The translations under genes and the position numbers were made by a program. A stretch of 59,035 nt of DNA, counting the filler, from Sluysia triapertura (Eukaryota): the NCBI GenBank assembly GCA_046118255.1. It is 4 parts of 4 records of this genome, joined end to end, with 100 filler letters (N's around TTAATTAATTAA, not from the genome) between each part and the next. Parts side by side here need not be neighbours in the genome. Positions count along the whole stretch, not along the records: positions 45,491 to 59,035 come from JBJNIA010033600.1; 3 more parts are not named here. One strand, given 5' to 3'. Each line of letters opens with the position of its first letter. Within the stretch, counting starts at the first letter, position 1. Below the pieces are notes generated by a model that saw nothing but the letters and a program-made list of their open reading frames with translations, made no database searches and was not told the DNA's origin. Shown here piece by piece: positions 51,557-59,035 of the stretch.

Positions 51557-54500
51557 ATCTAAAGTTTAATATTTCATAATATAAAATATGACACTAAAAG
51601 TAAAATTTTACAGTAAAAAATTAAAATAGAAAATAAAATAAAAGTAAAAAATAAATATAAAAATAAAAACAAATATACAGTATTAATTCAATTATTACAG
51701 TGTTGTAATTTTTTTAAATGATAATATTTATTTTTACTATATTTAAATAATTTCGCGTAATCGTTTAATTTATTAAATTACCAAATTTGTTAAAACAATA
51801 TATAAATAAAATGCTAAATACAATTTTTTAATATATCTAAGTTTAAAGTTGTTAATGTTTGATTATGTATAATTATTATTAGGTTTTCTAATATTGAGCT
51901 TATGCAATATAAGATATTGTAATGATAAATTAGTATAGCATTTTTTTATCAAATGAATGAATTTTAATGTCTTTAAATTACGCTTATTTCACTAATTTAA
52001 TGCTAATAAGATATAGACTAATTATTTGAATTTACGCTGACTGATAACTACATGATCAATTATTGTGATTAAGCTTGTTTGATACGTCAACTTACCATAT
52101 TCTTGATATTATATATTATGAAATTGTAATGTTAGGTACAAATTGGGATTTACTCTTTTTCATTTAATATGAACGAATGTTTTTATCTACAAAAATTGTA
52201 TTATTTTTGTAGCGTTTGAAATATCGCTTCTAAACTATCACATTCTTAATTGATAGATTGTGTGGTAATGCAATATATATTACATTACCAAAATATATAT
52301 TACATTACCAAAACCTACAGCAAAATATTTTTGAGTGGGGTATAGTTACAGTAAGCGTCTTATGTTGTGAAGAGGTTTGTTTCTATAACAATAAGTTAAT
52401 AATTACCTACAAAGTAATTACTTTATTTAATAAATTCTGGAAAAGTAATATAATTAAATTATTATATAATTATGATGTAGAAAATTTCTAACATTTTTAT
52501 TAAATATTTAAATATATTAAATATTTAAATTTATTATCAATATTAAAAAAATAAAATACTTTTATGTTTAAAAATTTTATTTTAAGATTATAAAATTTAA
52601 AACAAATAAAGTTTATCAATATGTTTATCAACATGTCACTGTAACAACAATAAACAAAGAAATATATAAATAGTAAGTATGTTATAAATTTCATTCATTA
52701 AACAATTAAGAACGTTTTAGAAAACAAATTTTTAGAAGTGTAACAGTTCTAAACGAAGACTATAACTTGAGAATTGAAAAAACAAATTACATTGGAAAAC
52801 GGAGATTATAGTTTAAGATTTAGTATAGATTATATTGGAAGTTAGATCGAATTAATTTGATTAAAAGCAGTTATTGATTTGGAGTGACTATATTAAGCTA
52901 ATCGTTAGTTTAATTATTTTTTAAAAGATTTTTTTAAAAAAATTATAAAAGACAGGTAATATTAAACTCAAATTGTCTCGTAATTTCTATTAGTAAATAA
53001 AATCAGTTTTAAAAAATACCAAACAAATATTAATTAATAAAATTAATATTTATAAATACTTGTATAACTTAAGTAACATTGTTAAAATGGGATATCTGAC
53101 GTATTAAACTAAAAACTAACATTGTCTTCCATAATTCATAGATAAATTAAAGTGGAGTTAAATAAATAATTTTCTTTTTATATATAGCGTTTAATATATT
53201 TCTTTTTATTTACTGAATTAGTTTATATTCTGTGTTATTCGTTTTATAGTTTTTGTTCTATATCAAATTTTGACATTAATTTAGTTAACTCGCCTTCGTA
53301 TAATATTTGTTTATTCGTAATTCAAGGTGAGCTTAAATCGTGTATTCCATTTTTACAAAATTGCCAAATTAATATTTTGTAATAGTTACTAAATTATAAT
53401 AAGCCACGTGCTAAGGATGATCCAGTTAATTGACAGAGTTAATAAAAGTTATAAACAAAGAACCTCCAGTAATTATCTTTCGTTAAAACTGCAAAATTCC
53501 ATGTGCTGTCCCTTAATTGAATAAGCCCAGTATCATAGAGGACTCGCATTTAAAACCATATTTAGTTTAATTTAATTTAACTACATTAAATCCTCACATG
53601 TATTTTGATTTAAGATTAATTTGCTTTCGCTGATTGTAAGTACTTATTTTGATTTTAAGACAATCTTTGCTAATTTTAACATTATTTTTATTATTATTGT
53701 TGTTTTTTTAATAATCACTTAAAGTTTATGTAGTTAAAAAAATCAATAATTTGTAAATTAATAATTTAGTAATTGTAAACTTTTACGCGAAATTAATAAT
53801 TATTTATGAAATTAATTTTATTGTTAGAAATGTACATATTTATTTTTTCAAATGTATACATTTATATGATACCCCTAGAATGTATCCTTGCAGATTTATG
53901 ATTCCAGTATTTCTTGGATATAAACTTCTTTGAAATATTTAACTTTTATTCATGATGATTAATATTTATTGTGATTGCTGATAAATTGTATTAATTGTGC
54001 TATAAGTAATCTCAGATTCAATCTTATTTTGATTTTTTGAGTTTTGTATTTCAAGTTATTAAATAATTAAATTATTACTTATAACCAGCATTTTGAAACT
54101 TATCAAAATTTTCTGTGATTATTACGGATTCATGTATTTAAAAAAATTAAATTTTTTCTTAGTTTAAATTTTTAAAACCACAGGAGGTAATGAATTCATA
54201 TAAAACAATTGTATTTATCCCACTGAAAATTGTCATTTTTTGAATAAATGTTTCCAGTTGATTAAATTTAAATGTAGAGACATCAAAATTTTTTTCTCTC
54301 TAGTCAATTATACACAATCTACGTGCACCTCTTAAAATTACTCTTTTGTAAGAATTACCTTCTTTTCAAATAATAACAAATACAACATAACAATAAATAA
54401 TGTATTTAATACATATTTAGAAATACTTTGAAGACGAAATAATATCTACCTTTATTTTTTCCCAAAAAGTTCATCAAAATGTATAAGAATAATTGTTTAA

Positions 54501-54731
54501 AATCAGATAATAAATAAATTGAGCATAATAAATACTTAAAATGTTTGACTTTAATACCTTAAATAAAAACATTCATTTTTATTATTCTTAGAGATAAAAA
54601 AATATAATAAAATATAGCTGAAATAAAATTGACAAAAATATACTATTTATAATAATAATTAGTTGATAAATTGTATATTCAAAATAATGATAATAAAATA
54701 TAATTATCATTGCCTATTAACAGGATCATTA

Positions 54732-57700
54732 TCAGTTACTGTTTGATTTTTGTAAAGTATTAGCACTAGTATCCATGGAATTGTGTAAAGCGCGAAAAAG
54801 CAAATTATTTGATGTTGCCATTAACTTACGCACCAATTGATAACTAGATTGCATATAATTGTCGTGGTCCAATATAAATGTGGGATCATTACGGTGTTGA
54901 GCCAAGGAAAATAAAAGAAGAATAAGCATAAAAAGGAGTATAATTAAGAAGAGAAAAAATAAAAATAAGAATAAACAATAACTAAGAGTACGTAATTGGT
55001 GTTTATATATTTTAGATGTGTTAGTAATAGAAGAAGCATGATGAATTGTTGGATTTAATTTACTTTCTACCAATAATTGTAAAGGTCGATCACTAAAATG
55101 GGTTGCTGCAGAAACACATGCCGACTGTAAATGCTGAATTGTAGCTGTTTCTTCTCTGTTAGTGAAATTAGATTTACTTGAGTCATCAGAATTGAAACTC
55201 TAAAATGTAATTATAATTTAAAGAATTGTTAAATTTTATTACTTAAGTGTAACAATGAATTATATGTCGAAGCAATAAGATATTGTATTAAGGGCGTGTA
55301 GAGTTTATTACTTAAAATGAAAAACTAGTCTTTTAATCTAAGCTTAAATTAGACTTAGGACTATTTAATCTATATACTAATTATTAGTAAATCTTACTTT
55401 ATAATTATTCAATAACGTTAAGCAAATTTTGCTCAAACAAAATTTTCCACATACAATGTTAAATCGCATTTTTAACATACTTCTGGTTATTTTTATCCAC
55501 TTTATTTATTTGGTATTTTCTATAGTGTTATTATATTTGCTATAGTATATTTAAATCCAACTTAATTTTATTCTACACTGTGTATCTGGTTTATTATTTA
55601 CTTCATGTTTTTTCGCTTTTTGAGTGGATTTATGAATGGTTTCCTTGCCATCTTCACATTTTTTAGAGTTTGTTGATGTTTTTGATTTATTAAGAATTTA
55701 TTTATTTTTATTAATTTTTTTTTATTATTGGCTTAATGATTATTCAATAAAATTTGAGTTAATCATATTTAATATTCAATATTCTATAATTTTTCTTTTA
55801 CTAAATAATTCAATTGTTAAAATATAGAATGCCAAGCCTAAATTCGGATTAGGATCATATTGATTATAATATTTTTCGTTTTTTAAAACCGTGGCCGTAT
55901 AATATTTATCTAATATAAGTATTTCTTTTAAATTATTTTCGCTTTTGAAATATATCTGATGGCTTAGACTCCATGAAAAAATTATGACACCAATAGGTCA
56001 AGGTACCTTCCACACATTTTTAATAATTTGCAATAATTTTTAAAGTTAAATAATAATCTTGTAATGATAAAGGTAAAATAAATTGTCAAAATAATAACAT
56101 CAACATAACAAAAATTATAAAGTCAAAATCGTAATAAAAAGATGTGTGAACGTAGATAAAAAGTGAAAGCATTCATTCAACCAAATAGAGTTTTAGTTTT
56201 AAAAATAAGTAAGAGAATAAAGATATTTAATCGGACGAAACAAACAATAAAAATTAAACGATTTTCGAACTTTCGAAAAAATTTAAGTTTATTACAAATA
56301 TAACTACTTATTATATTTCATTTCACAAGCAGTTCTTCAAAGACTAATTGCCAGGAACAAATACAGCGGTTCAAATATTTGGAATTGACGAAAATATGGT
56401 TCTTCAATTTTTCAAGCGATAATCGATTAAAGAAAATCCATTATTTTCATAAGTGATGAAATACACTCAAATTTTTATCTATGTTTATTTTTATTTATAG
56501 CTTGCGTATTTCTAGCTATAAAAAGCAATTCCTTAATAATATAAATTAATTATTATATATATTATTGTTGAGCACCTGCTTTTACGTAAGATTTTTGGAT
56601 ATCATTGTATAAATCATTTTTCGTATAATTTGTCGTATCAAAATGATTTTTTATATTTACCGAGTCACCGACAAAATTGCTTTCTTCAAATTAATGCACA
56701 TGCCCGAATTAGCTAGGTATGAATCGTAACTTGAATAACGTAAAAAATAGGTTTAAAATGGGTTTAATAATTTTTTTATAATTATATTTTTTATATATTA
56801 TATATTTTATATTTATTACATTACATTTATTTACATTATATTCTTACTTTTAAAATAATACAGATAGAATGTATATCAAAATTCTTTATTTCTAAACATT
56901 CATTTTGATAATTTAATTATCACATTCATTTTTGTTTTGTATCAACATTATTTATTTTATACTTTCGATTTTTTATTCCCTACTTTGGTGATATAGTAAA
57001 GAGCGGTATGTATTTGTTTACATAAATATAATATATAAAAAGCTACTGATAATATACTAAAACTATTCATAAAAATGGTCAGTTTGTTAATAAGATTTGT
57101 TAATAAGTTGTGCCTACTTTACTTGATCCACTTTTAGATCAAGGATATTGCCTTCATACTGATAATTTTTACACAACTCCACAACTTGATGAAATTTTAA
57201 TAAACCACTTTACAGATATTTATGAAACCATTCCAAGCAGCCAGAATCGCAAAATAAGAAATTAATGATAGCAATTCAGAAGGGAAAGATAATGGTAATA
57301 AAATGGCGTGATAAAAAAGACATTTATCTATTATCCACTGTAGAGTAACATTAGGTAAGACATAAAAATGGAAATTTAGTTGCAAAACCAAAATTAGTAG
57401 TAGACTATAATAATAGAATTGGGAGGGGGGCGTTAATCATCTTGATCAACATCTTCAAGATTATCAAGTTATTCGGAAACGTGGAAAAAAGTATTATAAT
57501 AAAATATTTTTTCTTCTTTTTGATACGTGAATTTGGAATTCATTTGTTTTTATAAGATAAATGGAGAGTTTCATAATTTAAAGTTCAGAATGACTCTAGT
57601 GGAAAAAATTATTGAAAAGTATCATATTAGTGTAAAAAAGATAGATCGTCCTAGAAAAACAAGACCCTTAAGATTAACGGAACGGCATTTTCCTGAATCC

Positions 57701-59035
57701 ATACCTACAGAAAAAAGTTTGTTGTAGATAATAAAGAAGTAAAAGTAAGGCGAAAGCCGCACTACTACTGTAGTTCGTGCACTGTTGTATTGTGCATCAC
57801 CTTGTTTTACTGTTTACAAACGGGAAAAAAGTTTTAATTTTGTTTATATATACATATTTTTACAATTTTTTATATTTTACTCATAAGAACATATTTAATT
57901 CTATGTTATACAATATCAATAAAACAGAGGACATAAAGTTTTTTTATTCAATTAATATTAAATTTCTCATTTTTAACCGAAAAACTCTTTTCTTTTATTG
58001 TTGTGACTTGTTATTAATCTAGGCTAAAAAAGTGATCATTTTTGACGGTCTTGTCGAAAAAAATTGTACATTAAGTAGTTAAAGACATTTTTATTATAAT
58101 ATTTAGTACACATATTTGTTTTTAACAACATTTTTGTAATATATTTAATTACGTTATTTAATTAATAATTCTTTGAAGATAAGCAAAGAATTTGATCATT
58201 GAATAAATTCGATTAGTTACAGATAGTTATGAGAGATAAAACAGTTTATTGCTTTCAATATATAACGAAAATTAGTAGACAAATAATTAATAAATGGAAA
58301 TTGCACGAATAAGTTAAACCATTAGAAAATCAATAGTCTAAGAGTTATTTAATATATAATAGTGAATAAAAGATAAGCAACCGAAATGAATTCAGTAAAA
58401 GAAAATATATCCTGAGAATGAATTAGGTTAGAGAAACATTTCAAATATAAAGAATTCCGTAAAAAATCCTATAAGTACGTCTCTCGAACGAGTGTAAAAC
58501 ATGAATTTTAAGTTTGATATTATTAGAGATATTAATTGATAAGTTAAAGATTATTTTATGAGAGTTAAAGTTAAATAAGTTAAAGTAAGTTAAATAAGTT
58601 AACTATTATTTAGACTAATAGGAAATATTTATTATATTTTAATAATAATAATAATAATAATAATGATAATAATAATAACAAGGCATGTTTCACAATTATT
58701 CACGTGAATAGGATACATAACTTCTTCTGTAATATTTTCTAATGAGGAATTGTTTGGAGTAGCAACATTTTGATTAGCAGTTCTCTTCCTAGTGTGTGGT
58801 GATTCGCCTGGATGAATAATTAATGAACGTGCACTGCCACTGCATTCCGATGTCATACAACAATTCTGAAATGTAGTAGTTGAAACTGGTGGACTGCCTG
58901 ATCCAGCCATAAACAGACTGTCCAGTGTGTCTTGTGTTCCAAGAATTTTACATTTTTTATAAGGATGCAAATCAGAACCGGCATAAAAATCTTGCTCTCC
59001 TATTGTAATAAGATGATTCTGTGTTCCATCTGCTT
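54732..59035 (-). CDS. Unknown protein with one C-proximal TM helix, last two exons (>59035-58680 and 55199-54732)
   Basis: Open frames and a phase-0 GT-AG join (...VNNCETCL|SFNSDDSSK...). Ser/Thr-rich region, then YCLFLFLFFLFLIILLFMLILLLFSLA and a tail of about 55 aa. Confidence 0.7.
56985..58082 (+). mobile_element. piggyBac (PGBD4-like) transposase pseudogene, 3' half, intronic
   Basis: LLDPLLDQGYCLHTDNFYTTPQL, IKWRDKK, KPKLVVDYN, HLDQHLQDY, PLRLTERHFP and a decayed Cys-rich tail; ends near TTAA at about 58082. Confidence 0.92.

Noticed and set aside
53390-53550. MRVLYDTG protease-like motif on the minus strand
   Set aside because: An isolated motif with an immediate stop and no supporting domains.

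Overview
Very AT-rich animal genomic DNA, not prokaryotic. It has GT-AG introns as short as 37-40 nt, many (ATT)n microsatellites, an innexin and a nicotinic receptor, and looks like a flatworm or other spiralian invertebrate (taxon tentative). The window is four contigs joined by artificial 100-nt spacers (N44-TTAATTAATTAA-N44 at 12447, 31504 and 45391). Host genes recognised by reading exons: the last two exons of an nAChR subunit (+), four 3' exons of a Rab escort protein/CHM homologue (-), a two-exon MLF-like gene whose N-terminus is not MLF-like (+), an intronless innexin (+), a two-exon gene joining a BCR-type N-terminal oligomerisation coil to four Kruppel zinc fingers (-), and two 3' exons of an unknown single-TM protein (-). 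The rest is dense with decayed mobile DNA: an L2 LINE tail, Gypsy relics, Tc1, DD41D-like and plant-type DD39D mariners, pogo, piggyBac and hAT elements. The most unusual signals are four. (1) A short LTR family (TG...CA, with a PPT before one copy) that carries a tRNA-derived Pol III cassette. (2) The BCR-coil/zinc-finger fusion gene. (3) A 531-codon intronless ORF joining a SAM-motif-dead mRNA cap N7-methyltransferase to a 20-aa repeat and an unknown domain. (4) A Gypsy 3' end with an aspartic protease and a TM-containing region downstream of integrase. All homology calls were made by eye from remembered motifs; no searches were run.
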